Source: the human T2T-CHM13v2.0 reference genome, Homo sapiens. Taken from it: 64,000 bases of DNA. Position 1 is the first letter of the stretch; every line of letters starts with the position of its first letter. The notes below the pieces were generated by a model. That model was not told the origin of the DNA. It made no database searches and saw only the letters and a program-made list of their open reading frames with translations. Of this stretch, positions 14,634 to 31,829 are shown in pieces. Location of the stretch: the NCBI RefSeq assembly GCF_009914755.1, contig NC_060926.1. The stretch is one strand, 5' to 3'. The position numbers and the translations under genes are program-made.

Positions 14634-17600
14634 ACCTGTGAAATTCTAGTGGTCAGAGATTTCTGCAGTTGAGCTCCTAATGTAAATAAAAAAACAACTT
14701 TTCCTAACCTCATCCCCAAGCAACGAATCATAAATCCATCTGAACACAGATGTGCTCTGGGTCCACATTGCTCACCCCTGACACAGTCCTCTAGCTGCTC
14801 CATAAATAACCCCTGGATGGGGACCAAGTCATCTGCTTTGCCTCAGACCAAACGTAGGGGTCCTGTTGTATTGAGCCTCCAAGCAGGGTGATATCATGCT
14901 CAAACACATGACAGCAAGAACCCTTAGCATCACAGCAGCCAGCTCCAAACCCAGTCACTGCTGTGTCTTTCTCACACTTGTTGCTGTGGCTTTAAAGAAT
15001 ACAGTTCTGTGGAAACTCCCCAGCGAATCTATCCACTTGGCCATCCATTGATCTAAGGTGGTCTCCTGCCATGATGGTTATGAAGAGCAATTAGATTTCA
15101 TTTCTCGTCGTGAACAGATGATTCAAGTCTATAAAATGAAAGGCCAGGGCCATAATGGGAGAAGGAAAACCAAGATGTCACAAAGAGCTTGGCTTTAAGA
15201 TCTGATACAGTCTTCAAATGAAATGCCAGGTGCCAGAGACATCAGGGTTAGACTGGAACAGCCTGGTCCACCTCCGCTGCCAAACGCAGGACAATCCAGG
15301 ACTATCCACAGCTCTTCCCTGGACGTTGAGGTGCCATTCTCAGTCTCCCAAAGGCCATGAATGGAGGCCTGACTGCTCAGGGTATTGGCCACTCACGGTC
15401 CTGATGGTTCCAACTTTGTGTAACCCGCCCTTACCTTTCTTTTGGGCTCTTTCCAGACATGCCCATTTTAATCCCAAACCTTCCTCCCTTAGAGACCAGT
15501 AGCCCCTAACTCATGAAGACTAGAACAATATGACACTATGTTGTAATCAAACGTAACGGCACAGGCAGCACTCTTCTGCCAGTTTCTGCTACGTCAAAAG
15601 AACCCTTGCTGAAACATTTCTGACTACTTCTCCATTTCATTGAGACAGTATCTGCCTTGGGTCAAGTACTTTAACAGCCCAGTGCACTCTGATACCCGTG
15701 CAGGCTGTAACACAAGACTTCCCATCTGAGTCTGAATAACGTATCACTTTTGACATCCCATTTTAACAAGTCCAACAGGTATTACCTGTACTCCCAAAAT
15801 CACATCAAGAGAACCAGTTATAAAGAATATCTTTCCCAAAAACCTTCCCTAATAAGGTCTAATCTCAATTTGTCCTCCTAAAAGCAATTTTTCCTGTTGA
15901 TTCCAAAATTAATCCATTTTTATTATAGAATTTTGGAAAACATATAAAACCACAAAGAAGAAAACTAAGCTTAATCGCTCATCTTGCCACTCAGCAATAA
16001 CTAATTGGTATATGTCCTTCTAGCCTCTTTCCTTACTGGCCATAGATTTAGACAATTCAGTTCCCACACAGGATACTGAGAATTGGAAGTTAAAAAAAAA
16101 AAAATCAACAAAACAAAAACAAGACTGAACATGAAATACTAAGATTTCTTGTTTCATGATCAGAGACAGCTGCAGAAAGGCTGTTAAACTTGTTCAGCGA
16201 GACTCACAGCCCATGATGCACAAATCAGTTTCCCAGCCAGATTTAATCACAAATACCGCCTGCAGCCTGACAGCCCTGTATGCTACTGTTACAGACACAA
16301 TTCTACCTCCACCTTGCAAACCACACTCTTGTTTAATGGCCCTGTACATAATAAAAGGCAGGAAATGGAGTTTGGAGGCACTCCTGGATCAGAGAAAAAC
16401 ATATAAATAAGACAACGCAAGAGTGCCTCCTTTGCAAAATGGAAATCAATATGAGAGGCAAAGGGGTCAGTGAAGGAAGACAACTCCATAGGCTCAAGTT
16501 CAAAATAAAAAAACGGTTGCTCTGCGGTGGATTCCGGCTCCTCACGCAGGAAGAGCTCCCCAGGGAGCCTGTAAAACTGCAAACAAATCTTGAAAAGGAA
16601 TGAGTCTGCCTGTTTCATCAGGCTCACCAAGCTACATGCATTTCAAGACAGCAACTCTTGTGCAATTCCTAAAACAAGCAACTATCTATTGAACACCCAC
16701 TACGTGCTCAGGACACTCTAGTTGATTAATCTTCCCCTAGGGGAAGGATGAATCATTTGCAAACTGCAGCCAGTGAGGCCACAGTGGGTTCCATTCATCT
16801 TGAAAATGTGCAGGTATATTAAAAACAGTCAGGCTTAGCACAAAAGTGTTTGGCACGACTGTTTCCAACACCCTTTACAACCTTTGCTGTAAAGCTCATA
16901 TTTACTTGATTTTTATGTCAACATTTCTATCTTTGATAACAGAGGCATAAAATTATATCTAGTTTGCTACAACTAAATGTCAGATATTTACAAACTACAG
17001 AAGCTTTCTCAAGTGCACATATAAGGGGGTGCAAGGGTAAGGGCTGGGATCCTTTATGGTTCGCAACACCTGGCATAAATACCTGGTTCCTGCTGTGCCC
17101 TCAATAAATATTTGTTTAATTAGCCCTTTCAGTAAAATAAATTCAAAGAACCCAGTTGTTTAAACTCACTTACAGGAAACTTTTTCCGTATGCTCCAAGT
17201 ACCTGGAGTTTTGTTCACTGTGGATTCTGATCTTGAAATCCGATTACTCAAAGCCTGCCATATGTCCTTCAGTAATTTGCAACACAACAGTTACATGGTT
17301 CTGTTACAGCACCCTACTAATCTCATCCTGGACTGGGCAGAAGACACTGTGTCAGTAATTAAATTTATATCACGGACTAAACAGAGTTTCTTTTTGTTTT
17401 TACTTTGTTCTGGTTTTAGAAAGAAGCACACAGTGCAGACATTTCAGCAGGTACTAAAAGTGTACTCTCAGACACTGTCTTCTCTTCTGTAGGGTCATTC
17501 ATATGGGAATTTAACCATTAATTCTAAAAAGCAGAGAAAGTAGGAGAGTAGGGCAAGCTAGAGGTAAGGAAGGCAAACACCCAGAACAGGGGTGCCACCC

Positions 17601-18170
17601 CACGGAAATAAGGAAGTGCAGTTGGCCCCATGGTCTCTGGTCTGACTTCCCCATAAAGTGACAATACATAGAGCTAGTCTGTAAAACACTGCCAACTGGT
17701 GTGTTTCACAGAACCTGTCGCTTTCTCCAGCTACCAAGAAAGCTTTGGATCGGGGCTCAGTCACGTGCGGATCCCAACAGTGTCCAAGATAGAGACAAGG
17801 AAGAAAGGGAGTAAGGATAAAATGACAGCTCATTCTCTCTCTAAGGCTATCACACATTATGACAGACAGCGGTCACCCAATCTATCTTTAGAAAATCTGT
17901 CCTTTTGACCCAAGATGCATCTCCGCCAACATCCACAAACAGACAACCTGTGGGAAGAACAGACGTGGAGCCAGTAATTAGAAAAAAATCAAATGAAATT
18001 AAAATTTAATAAGATGGAGTGGAGGAGACTTAGCAGGAGCAATTTACTTCCTCAGACTCATGGACGTCTCTTTATTAGCAGGAGTTTTCTACTGGGAATT
18101 CTGATCTTGAAATCTGATTGTTCAATGCCTTCCATTTAGGGGAAGTTGCAGCCTTCAAGATTCTGAATCT

Positions 18171-18631
<461 letters not shown>

Positions 18632-19039
18632 TCATCAGGTAAGGCTGACAACATAAAAGGATTCCAGGAGACCAGCAACATTCAGCAGGGTGCTGATTAT
18701 TACCAAAGCTCTAAAAACCTCCTCTTAATTCCATTTAAAATATGCTTAAGTTGTTATAGCTATAAGAACGGAAACAAAAATAAATATAAGAAAAATCTCC
18801 ACCAATCTTACCCCCTCAACAAATCAAACCAACTTCATGTTTCCAAGTTTCTTTCTGGTAATGGGTGAGGAGGCAGGGAAGTACTATCTTAGTATTTGAC
18901 TGGTTGCCCACAGATGCATAATGTCCACAAGGGCCCTGAGAATGCCCAAAAGACATATGGACTCCAGTCCAAGGAAGTCACAAAAGAACCTATGTTTGGT
19001 CTAACCTACAGAAGTTGTACACTGCTCTAGAGTCACAAT

Positions 19040-19170
19040 CCTCACTCTGCTCTGTATCAGCTGTGTGGCTTGGGTAAGTAGCCTCACCTCTCTCAGGCTC
19101 AGCTTCCTCATGTGTCCAACGGGGATCATCCCCACCGCACTGGTCTGCGTGGAGATTAAACAAGCAGGTG
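19040..19170 (+). mobile_element. MIR fragment
   Basis: GCTGTGTGGCTTGGGTAAGT...CTCAGCTTCCTCAT core. Confidence 0.6.
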
Positions 19171-19195
19171 CAAAGTCCCTGGCCCACTTGCCTCT

Positions 19196-19980
19196 TACAG
19201 GCTGAATTTTGGAAGGGGCCAACTCGCCCCTTCCAAAAAAGATACATTGAAATCCTAATCCCCCATACCTCAGAATGTTACCTTATTTTAAAACAGGGCC
19301 ACATTGAAGGTGTGATGTCAGTTAATATTAATTAAAAGTAGTGAATTTTTTTTTTTTTTGAGACAGAGTCTCCCTCTGTCCCCCAGGCTAGAGTGCAGTG
19401 GTGCAATCTCAGCTCACTGCAGCTTCTGCCTCCTGGGCTCAAGCAATTCTCCCTGCCTCAGCCTCCCCAGGGGCTGAGATTACAGGCGCACACCACCATG
19501 CCCAACTAATTTTTGTATTTTTAGTAGAGATGGAGTTTTGCCATGTTGGCTAGGCTGGTCTCGAACTCCTGGTCTCAAGTGATCTGCCGCCTCAGCCTCC
19601 CAAAGTGCTGAGATTACAGGTGTGCACCACCATGCCCAGCCGAGAAGTGAAATTTAATGTTATTTAAGATGAGGTCATACTGGAGGTGGTAGGCCCTTAA
19701 TCCAATGTGATTGGTGTCATCACGAGCAGACGGCCACTGAAGACACAGACACACAGGGAGAGCACTGTGTGATGACTGAGGCAGGGATTGAGCCATGCAG
19801 CTGTGAGGAACCCCAAAGCATGCCAGCCAACCCCCAGAACCCCAGGCAAGGCAAGGAAGAACTCCCCTACAGGTTTCAGAGGGAGCATGGTGGACAAGCT
19901 GACTTTGGACTTCTGGACAACAGAACTGTGGTTTTGTTTTCAGCCACCTAGTTGGGGATCAGCCCTTAGAAACTGAGACA
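19196..19980 (+). mobile_element. MLT1 (MaLR) LTR interrupted by an Alu
   Basis: GAAATCCTAATCCCC...CTCAGAATGTTACCTTATTT and GATGAGGTCATACTGGAG motifs. Confidence 0.75.
19325..19642 (-). mobile_element. Alu
   Basis: Antisense dimer. Confidence 0.92.
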
Positions 19981-20259
19981 ATGCCCAACTCAGGCCCTGG
20001 CTCTTTTCCACGCACAGAGTGAGAGAGCTTTAAATATACAAAGAGATGGCTCTCCAAAGCCTCCCACAATAGACTGACCATCTCACCCAGCCAATCTTTC
20101 TGGACCCAAAGTGGATTTCGTAACCAATTTCTATTTACTAGTCATTAACGTTGCTATTTACTTTACCTATTCCCCTGACCTGTCAATAATCTAAGTCCAG
20201 TAAAGGGCAGATTCAGCGGGGAGGCACTCATATGTTCAAGGCCTATGACAGTTGGTTAG

Positions 20260-20575
<316 letters not shown>

Positions 20576-21114
20576 TTTTTTTTTTTTTTTTTTTTTAACC
20601 TTTAAAAAGAGTGACCTCCTTCTAATTTCTCCATACAGAAGGGGGTGGGAGGACGGCCTCTTGCAGGGACACTGGAAAGTCATCTCTCAGTAACTTCCTC
20701 CTCCTTGACATGAACACAATGCTGGTTTGCTGAAGTTCCTGAAATAGCAAATGCCACTCTTATCACATCCATCATCAACCATAAAGTCACGAATGAGTGA
20801 GGACTGAGCTCCCTTCAACATGGGGAGGGGACTGCTTGGCAACACAGCCAGACCGCCATGTACCCTAGGTCCTACCTCCAGAGCCCTGGGTTCTAATGGG
20901 CCAGGTTGGGGCCTGGCTTTCAGTACTTTTTTTTTCATTTGTATAAATTTTGGGGGTCCAAATGCAATTGTACGTAGTGCTGGAAGTCCTAGCCAGAGCC
21001 ACTGGGCAAGAGAAAGGAATAAAAGGAATCCACATTGGAAAAGAGCAAGTCCAATTATCCCTGTTGGCTGACAATATGATCTTCTATCTAGAAAAGCCTA
21101 AAGACTCCACCAGG

Positions 21115-21727
<613 letters not shown>

Positions 21728-22228
21728 GACTCCACGAAAGACTCTCAGATTTGATAAATGAATTCAGTAAAGTTTCAGGCTACAAAGTCGTCATACAAAA
21801 ATCATAGCATTTCTACACACCAATAACAATCTAGCTGAGAATGAAATCAAGAAGGCCTCAGAATTTTTAAGGCTCCTCAAGCAGTTCCCATATGGAGAAA
21901 CATGGGCAATGCATGTTTGCCAGTAGCTATTCCACATAAACCTTCAACTAAGTCCCCCTGGCCCTCCATGTCTCCCCAACATGAAGCCCCCTCCAGCCAA
22001 CAGGGGAACAGTATCAGTGAGATACAAACCACCCTACTTACGGATGGCTCCACACTTTACCTGGTACCCACCCCCTTCTGACTCAGGAGCCTGTGCCTCC
22101 TCTTCCACCCTAAGTGTCCCATCTCTACTCCTTTGCTTCCCCTCCCACCAGGTTCAGAAGAAATGAGAACCCCTCTGACTCCTTTCCTTCTAGATGTGGT
22201 TGCATTAACTCCCTGGATTTCCTTCTAG

Positions 22229-22382
22229 AGCAGGGGTTCTCAACTTTGGCTGCAGTGCAGAGCCGGCCTGGGCCCCACTCCAGAGTCTGATGTCATTGGT
22301 TTGGGGTGCTGCCTGGGCACGGGCATTGTCACAGGATCCTCCATGACTCACTGTGCAGCCAAGACCAGGACCACTGTTCTAG
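22229..22382. mobile_element. MER5-like hAT fragment
   Basis: CAGGGGTTCTCAACTTTGGCTGCA...GACCACTG termini. Confidence 0.6.
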
Positions 22383-24297
22383 GATCTTCTCTTGTTCCCT
22401 CTTCCCTAAGGCTCTTGACTCTGCCACTATGTCTGCCCTTAAGCTGCAATTTCATTTCTGTAGTTACTTTCACCTTGAAAATTACAGAGAAGCAGAAGGC
22501 ACCTGCTGCCCCTTTCTTCTTTATCCATTGCATCTAGCCTCCATCCAGACAGTTCTTCTACAGCAGGTCCTTGAAATGACACCAATCAAATATTCCAGCC
22601 TTAGCTCTCTTATCTGCAACATGAAGATAATAGTCTCTCCTGCTGATGAAGGTGATGAATTTGAAGATGCTCCCTCCACAGAACAGGCAAAATAACCCAA
22701 GTGAGCCAGGAGCCCAAGAGAGCTAGATCTCCCTCATGCCTTCACTCCATGTCCATCCCCACAGTGCAGAGAGGGTCCCTGACTCCACCACCACCAACAC
22801 CGAGGTGGGGGTGGCAACAAGGACGCTCCATCATCCAAAAGCCAGCTCCTCAGACCAGGACAGAGAGCAGCTTGAAGACCCCCTTCACATCTTGCCCACA
22901 ACACACTGGAGAGTCATCCTGATCCTTCTGCCTCTTTGGCCGCTGCTCCCAACTCAAACCATCTCTCATGTGCCCGGCCTTCCCGGTGCCCACCCTTCCT
23001 GGTGCCCAAAACATCTTAGGCTGAGCTGTGGGTTGCTCCACTGGTTCTCAATCCTGCCTGAGCTCTGGAATCCCCTGGGGAGCTTTTGAAATCCCAATGT
23101 TAGAGATGCTAGTGGTCTGTGGTCCGGCCTGGGCTACTGACAGTTCTCCAGGCTCTCACCTGTGTGGCCAAGGGTATGAACCACTGTGTCTATCCTATTA
23201 TTTGCACAACGAAGCAGGGACCTTTGTTATCTGATGCATCTGCCAGCTAAAATCTGCCTAGGAAAACATAAAGTACAGGCAGGAAAAAGCCAGCCTACGT
23301 TTAGGAAGAAACTACCTGTCAGTGTCATTCATCAAAAAGCTAAATGCAAAAGGATACAAGGCCCATGCAAAGATGTCGATCTCAGGTTCAACCTCGTGGC
23401 AGAAACACTGGGTAGGACACAAAGTCCCAGGAAGCTCTGAACAGAGCCAAGTGCCCCATGGGCAGTGACTCATGTCTGACCTTAACAAGAGCTGGCTCAC
23501 AACCACGGGCTAGGGACATAAGGCCATTAGAAAGTACTCAGAGGGCACAGCACATGTACACATGCACACTCCCACGCCCAGAAGCATGCCTGAGTGGGAC
23601 AATGACACCTGAAAGCTGAGAGCTGATCCCTACACTACAGCTGGATGTGTAGCAATCATTACAGGGTATCTTTACGTTCATTTTTTTAAAAACTCCTTAG
23701 CCCTATTAAATTCAGCTGCCTAGAAATACTGAACTCACAAGTAGCATGATAACGTTGAAGAGCCTAACCTAACAGATCCTATGAACGGGCAAACCTCCCT
23801 CTTTTCTAAGAAAATATATTAAAGTATCTCATATCACTAAGGCGCTCTTTTGAGGAAAAGAAAAAAATAAGAGAAAAAGAATTCCAAAGGACTTTGTTGA
23901 CAAAAATATAAAGTAATATTCTATTCCATCCTTTATAAGGTTGTTATCAGCTGTGCCTGTTTGAACGTGTCATTCCAGTCCCTCCCATCATTAACTAACA
24001 CATATCAGACATATGACACGTGCCAGGGACTGCGACAAGCTCCACCCACTCATCACCTCTGTTTAAGCCTTGCCACACTAGAGGCGGACACAGTCCTATC
24101 CCCGGGGCTCAGGGAGGCTCTGTAGCTGCTACAAGGTCACACAGCAAAGAGTGGGAGAGGGACTGGCACTCACATCCCAGATTCAGTGTCTGGTGACAGC
24201 CCATTTCCTGATTTAAAGATGGTGCCTTCTAGAGCTGTGTCCCAGGACGGTGAAAGGAGCGAGAGAGCTCTCTGAGGTCTCATTTGTAAGGGCGCTA

Positions 24298-25071
<774 letters not shown>

Positions 25072-25790
25072 AAGACTCCATTTCAAAAAAAAAAAAAAAA
25101 AAAAAAAAAAAAGCATGGATAATGCCAGGAAATCAATACAAAAAGGTTAACTGTGGGATTATGAGTTTTTCTTTTTCATTTATTTTTCCAATTTCCTACA
25201 ATTGACATTTATTTATAAAATCATGACAGAAAGCATCATTACATTTGTTTTCTCATTTAAATAGCTAGTTCATGACTGAAAACAATCTTTTCCAATAATA
25301 CTCTATTGACGATTTTGTTACGTTTCATTCCCAAGGACAGCCAGTCCTTTTGATAGCTTGGTTGCATAAATGTAATACTGTACATGAAACCGAAATGAAT
25401 TGAAAACTCATAGACTATTTGAGTTTTCAATTAAAGGATTTAAAATAAACTTTTAAACAAAACAGTCCCCCCAAATTTTGAAGACAGATCCGCTTGCGTT
25501 TTTCAACAGTGTGCAGTTGAGAGCAGCACCACCGCGAGCCCTTCACATTGGTGTCAAACACTGATCAAGGTGTAAAATGTGCTTTGCCACAGCCGGGAAT
25601 ATAGACTTGTATGGTGGTACTTGTTGGAGAAAAACATCAGGCCCCGCATGTGGTACAGCGATGTGATGTGGGTGTGTAAGCAGCTGCCAATCAAAGGCGA
25701 AAGGCACAGCACAGTGTCAAGCCAGCACCTGTGTCTACCAAAACACACAGGTACAAGTCTTAGGAATATATACCTAAAACAGAGCAGGAA

Positions 25791-25919
25791 ACTGGGCATG
25801 GTGGTGCGCACCTTGTAGTCCAAGCCACTCAGGAGGCTGAAGCAGGAAGATCACTTGAGCCTAGGAATTCCAGTCCACAGTGAGCTATGGTCACCACTGC
25901 ACTCCAGCCTGGGCAACAG
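25791..25919 (+). mobile_element. Alu right-arm fragment without tail
   Basis: CTGGGCATGGTGGTG...CTCCAGCCTGGGCAACAG. Confidence 0.8.
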
Positions 25920-25937
25920 TCATCGTGACCAGCCTGG

Positions 25938-26068
25938 GGAGTCTTTAGGCTTTTCTAGATAGAAGATCATATTGTCAGCCAACAGGGATAATTGGACTTG
26001 CTCCTTCCCAATGTGGATGCCTTTTATTTCTTTCTCTTGCCCGATTGCTCTGGCTAGGACTTCCAGCA
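25938..26068 (-). repeat. Inverted local copy of L1 fragment 20978-21108
   Basis: 131 bp with 7 mismatches by manual alignment. Confidence 0.88.
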
Positions 26069-26464
26069 GTATTCAGCGGTTGTACATAGTGCAAATTAGC
26101 ACTGTGGCTAATTTGCTTGGCGACCGTTCTAGCAGTATTCAGAGTAGGCCACAACCACAAAAATATTGTGGAGCCACTGCCCCAAGATGCAACTTCTCAA
26201 GCACGCTCCAAACCAGTGTGCACGGCTAAGTCATGTACCTGATCTCACCTGCCCCCGTGACAATCTGTGGAAGCTGTGTTCTTGGGCTGCTTTACCCTGT
26301 GATTGAGTCTCACCACTACTCCAAAGACAGAACATGCTTCCCACACACTGGAACAAATCACCTTAAGGACCAGTATACTGTCACAGATATAGGTCTACCT
26401 TACAAAAAGAGAGGAGTCAGTTGTTCGCTTTGTTTTGTTGGGGCTATACTTACAGCTACAGTCT

Positions 26465-26725
26465 TATGATAAAGGAACAGCCACATGGAGAAAACACATA
26501 AAGGAAGGTCCTGCAGAGCCCCTGACAGGGAGCTTCCATGGCCTCTCCCTGTGGGTCAGGGGGCATCCCCCTCCTGGCACATCAGCATACTCACCAACCA
26601 GGAAGCTACACCAAACCTCGGTGTTTAGAGTAATGAAACTCACCAGAGTTTTATTATGTAGGCAGGAGTGATTAAAACATCGGCCATGGACTTGGTGCTT
26701 GGACTCAATCTCCAGCCCCTGTTGT
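26465..26725. mobile_element. MER21/MER77-like LTR fragment
   Basis: TCACCAACCAGGAAGCT and CTCAATCTCCAGCCCCT motifs. Confidence 0.55.
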
Positions 26726-28664
26726 CCTGTCCCTGGATTCATTACTTCGATAGACAGCTGGTTGTTTAGATTCAGCAAGAGGCTCCTGGAGTAAGAACTG
26801 AAGCCATAAACCCTCTGTCAACCAGTGAGCACTTCCCTCCCACTGCCACTGGATCTCCGACACCACACAAACACAAGATCAGAGGCCACCAGAAACAGCA
26901 GGAGAGAGGAGGTGGAGGATGCATTACAATCTCCAACAGAAAAAGAATTCAAACCTTCTCTCTTTCTGTACACACATGTATAAAAGAATTGTCATGATTA
27001 CATAGGGCATCTAAGCAGTGGGTGACTAAGACAAGCTCATTTCCTATCTCAAGGCTCTATAATAAATGCTTCAAATTTCCTAAAAATAATTTCTGGAGAG
27101 CGCTATAAGGGTTGCTTGCAGGCTAACCAAGATGAAAACTACCACATTTCTAGTCTCCAAATCCAAAAATACTAACACTAAAAAACAACTCTTCCAATTT
27201 AAGGAAAAAAACCTGCTGTTAATACAGTACACTCCGCTGGCTGAGGAGATGTGGCAAGGAATCTAAGTAAACCCTCGGCTGAAATGATGAGGTCAGTTAG
27301 GGTTATCCCCCAAGAGAAGAGAACTTCTGCACATGGCAGCAGAGCCCACCATAAGCCAACCCTGAACTCAGGGACCAGATCAAATGTGACTTTTTCCCCA
27401 ACTTGCTTAGGGACATGGTCCCTGGGTTGGTACACAGCCCAGGTCTATCAGCTGCCAGAAGTACTTGCAGTTCATTACTTAGGAAGCTGTGGAAAAAATA
27501 CTACAATCAGAGAGTGATGAAGAGGCTGGGTGGCCAGGAATCCTCTTTCGAAGCATCTGGAGACGTGATAGGGCTTCCTACAACAACAGGACAGAAGGCC
27601 AAGTACCCACCAAGTGAGTCAGAGCCCTTACCTTCCCATGTGCCTTAGAAATAAGCTCTTCAATAACCAAACTATCCCACGGATAAACAATCTAAGATCA
27701 CCAAGGTTCGTGACATTTGTGTGTGAATCCATTTCCTCTGAGCAAATGATATTTTTATGCCTGTTTGAAAAACAAGCAGCCTCCCATGACAAATGCATTC
27801 ATCATCCAAACAATCAAGCAGCCTCCGGCCACTCCTCCGGCCAACATCACTTCCAGCCAACAAGAGCAATCTGGCAAAGCAGCACCTACAGAGCCCAGGG
27901 GGCACCCGGGGCCAGGGTTCAGATTCTGACAACACAATCCCACATTCCTGAACCTGCTATTCATAACCACTCCCTTCTAAGAGTACACAAGAAAAATAGT
28001 TTAAAAAAAAAATCACATTTTCCAGGTCTGGTGCAGGCAGATATGAATAAAATACTTACAGATTTATGAAACACTTGCAAAGTCAGGAATCTGAGAAAAT
28101 TATACACACAGACATTCACTCACACACAGACACACACAGGCCTCCTTCCAGAAATTTTATTTCCACAAAGCACAGTATAGTGTAATCTATTAGAATGTCA
28201 CTTATTTTAAAAATCCTTATTTCTGTTCCAAAGAAAGTCCTGGGTCAGCCCCGTGCCCTTACTATCAATGATCCTCTGAAAAACTAAGCCACAAACCACA
28301 AGCATTCAAGATCAGAAATAACGCATGTTAGGCAATGTTTCCTGTCTTTTTACACTTAACAATAGTGTGAAATAGCTTGCAGAGATGAGGTATAGACGCA
28401 CCTTTATGGTGCAGCAATACAATGTAGAGCCCAGAGACTTAAGGATATCTAAATGTATTGTTTAAAAACCATTACCTTTCCTTAATGCCAGAGTGAGGCA
28501 GGGTAACCAATATCCACGCATTAAATTCAGAAACATTCCCGAACTTCATTTGAGTTCTTAGCTCTTCCTCCATCCACCAGACATTTTAATTATTAGCATT
28601 ACCAGAGAGTAACACACTTGAACTCCATTCTCCTTCCCCTTGAGTCCCTATTAGGTTATAATGC

Positions 28665-29078
28665 TGTCTTAGTCCATTTGTGTTGCTATAAAGGAATACC
28701 TGAGGCTGAGTCACTTATAAGGAAAAGAGCTTTATTTGGCTCACAGGTCTGCAGGCTGTACAAGAAGCATGGCACCAGTATCTGTGTCTGATGAAGCCTC
28801 AGGAAGCTTCCACTCGTGGTGGAAGGTGAAGGGAGCTGGCATATACAGAGAGCACATGGTAGGAGAGAAAGGCAAGAGAGAGAGGAGATGGTGCCAGGCT
28901 CTTTTCAACAACCAGTTCTTGCAAGAATTCACTCTCATGAGTATGGCACCAAGACATTCATAAACGATCCACTCCCACAACCCAAACAGCTCCCACCAGG
29001 CCGTACCTCCAATACTAGGTGGGCATCAAATTCCAACATGAAACTTGGTGGGGCCACACAAACCATATCCGAACCATA
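28665..29078 (-). mobile_element. MST (MaLR) LTR
   Basis: TGTCTTAGTCCATTTGTGTTGCTATAAAGGAATACCTGAG terminus. Confidence 0.85.
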
Positions 29079-29755
29079 GCAAATGTCTTGAAGGTAAGAA
29101 TTCTCTACCACAAGCTTCTCTGCTGGGTACATATGTCCTGCCCATAAGCAAATCTTGGGTGAGCACTGGTGACTAACCAGCATCACAGAAAGAAAAGACA
29201 GATACCAGGGCCCTGTTACCAACAGCCTGGCAAATAGATGACCACACTGGATCTCAATTTACAAAATGGGGGTAACCAGGTGGCCTAGATAAATCTTGAT
29301 AGATATACAGAGAGAGGTAAAGTAGTGAAAGCCCTATGAAAAATGTAATTCAATATGAAAACGTATGGTATTATTACTACAATGCTAATAAGCAATAAAT
29401 GTTTCTCAAAAATAGGAAGACTGGAAGAAGGAAGCATTACAAGCTAAGCTGGCTGTTCTTCCTTGGAGAAAATGAAGATTGGTAAATAAGTAATAAAGAC
29501 AGACAAGGTCAATTGTAGAAAACGGCCAAGTCTTGAAGTGAGTGGAGCAAGAGAGTTTCTCTGTCCAATTCTTTGAAGACAGTTTAATTCTATTTCTGAG
29601 CAATCAAAAATCACATCCAGTGCCCCTTCCACCTTCTCATCTCCTTCGCAGATGTGGATGGCCCCAGGTCACAAGGGCTTGGGGGTTGACTCCTCATAGG
29701 TATTGGAATTCTGGGCTAGAGCCAGAGAACAAGCTGTTAAGAAATTGAGGCCCCT

Positions 29756-30084
<329 letters not shown>

Positions 30085-30097
30085 CTAAAGATCTTAG

Positions 30098-30406
<309 letters not shown>

Positions 30407-31234
30407 TGACCTTTTAGCACCATGAGAAATCAGAGAGATGAGTCCAACCTCCTCATTGGATAGGTGAGGAACCTGAGCCTGGAGGAAGTTGGTGGAGGAT
30501 GTGAGGGTCACAGCTCCTGAGTCCTGCTCGGAGCTCTTCCCATTGTTGCTGCTCTACCCTTCGGGAGCCTAGGACCACACACACAGCTTACTTAATGAAT
30601 CCAGAACCACAAACAGGTAAGGACAGGCTGATGTTAACTAAGCACACTGGCTGTTAAGCCTGTCCCAGATACTTCAGATCCATTTTTTCCCCAATTACTC
30701 ATAACATTCTTATTAGTTACATTATTAACTCCCTTTCACAAAATAAGAAACCAAGGTCCAAGGTCATTCAGGTTAATAAGGACAAGATTTCTTTTCTTTT
30801 CCACCTCCTAATAGTCCTATTCTTTCCCCCCAATAACCTTAGGTATAGATGTAACTGAGAACATGTTAGAAAAACTACCAAATACAGATTAAGCATTCCA
30901 CTCCATATCTTAGTTATGAAAAACAAAACTACATGAAATCCAAAACAAATGACTGAACAGTAAACCTGAAAATGCCCCAAATCAAATTCTAATTCTCATT
31001 CTTTGTTTTTAAGTCAATTGCAATGCACCTCTAAACAAGCTTCAGCTCTCTTCAATTCTCCACTCAAGCTTCCTGGGAAGAGTAATGAGGGTCTCAGGGC
31101 CAGGCTTAGGGTACTCAGGAAGCCAGGGGCCCATGACTGGGGCCTCAGCCCCAGCAAATTCAGTACAATGCTAGCTGGGCAGTCAAGTCCTCAGAGGCCA
31201 GGAGAGACAAAGAATCAGGTGCAAAAGTCTAGGA

Positions 31235-31815
31235 TTGTCTCAAAAAACTTAAGCACAGAATCACCATGTGATCCAGCAATTCCACTTCTGGGTCTATACC
31301 CAAAAGTGAGAGCAGGATCTCAAACAAATATTTGTACACCTGTTTTCACGGCAGCATTATTTGCAATAGCCAAAAGGCGGAAGTAACCCAGGGGTCCCTC
31401 AATGAATAAATGAATGAATTCTTTAAATGTGGCATATACATACAATAGAATATCATTAGCCTCAAATAATATTCCCTGAGAATCTTGAGAACCTTGATAA
31501 CATTATGCTAAGTGAAATAAGCCAGACACAGAAAGACAAATACCGTGTGATTCTAATTATATGAGGAACTTGGGATAGTCAAATTCAGAGACAGAAAGTA
31601 GAATGATGGTTACCATAGAGGGAGGGAGCAGTGGTTACCATAGAGGGAGGGAGCAGGGGGAGTTATTTATTTAATGGGCTCTGACTTTCATTTAGAGAAG
31701 ATGAAAAAGTTCTGGAAATTAGATGGTAGTGATGGGTGCACAACACTGCGAATGTATGTAATGCCACTTAAAAATGGTTAAGATGGTAAATTTTATGTTA
31801 TGTATATTTACCACA
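31235..31815 (+). mobile_element. L1MB-like 3' end
   Basis: GATCCAGCAATTCCACTTCTGGG...GTAAATTTTATGTTATGTATATTTACCACA. Confidence 0.85.
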
Positions 31816-31829
31816 GTTTTTGTGTGTGT

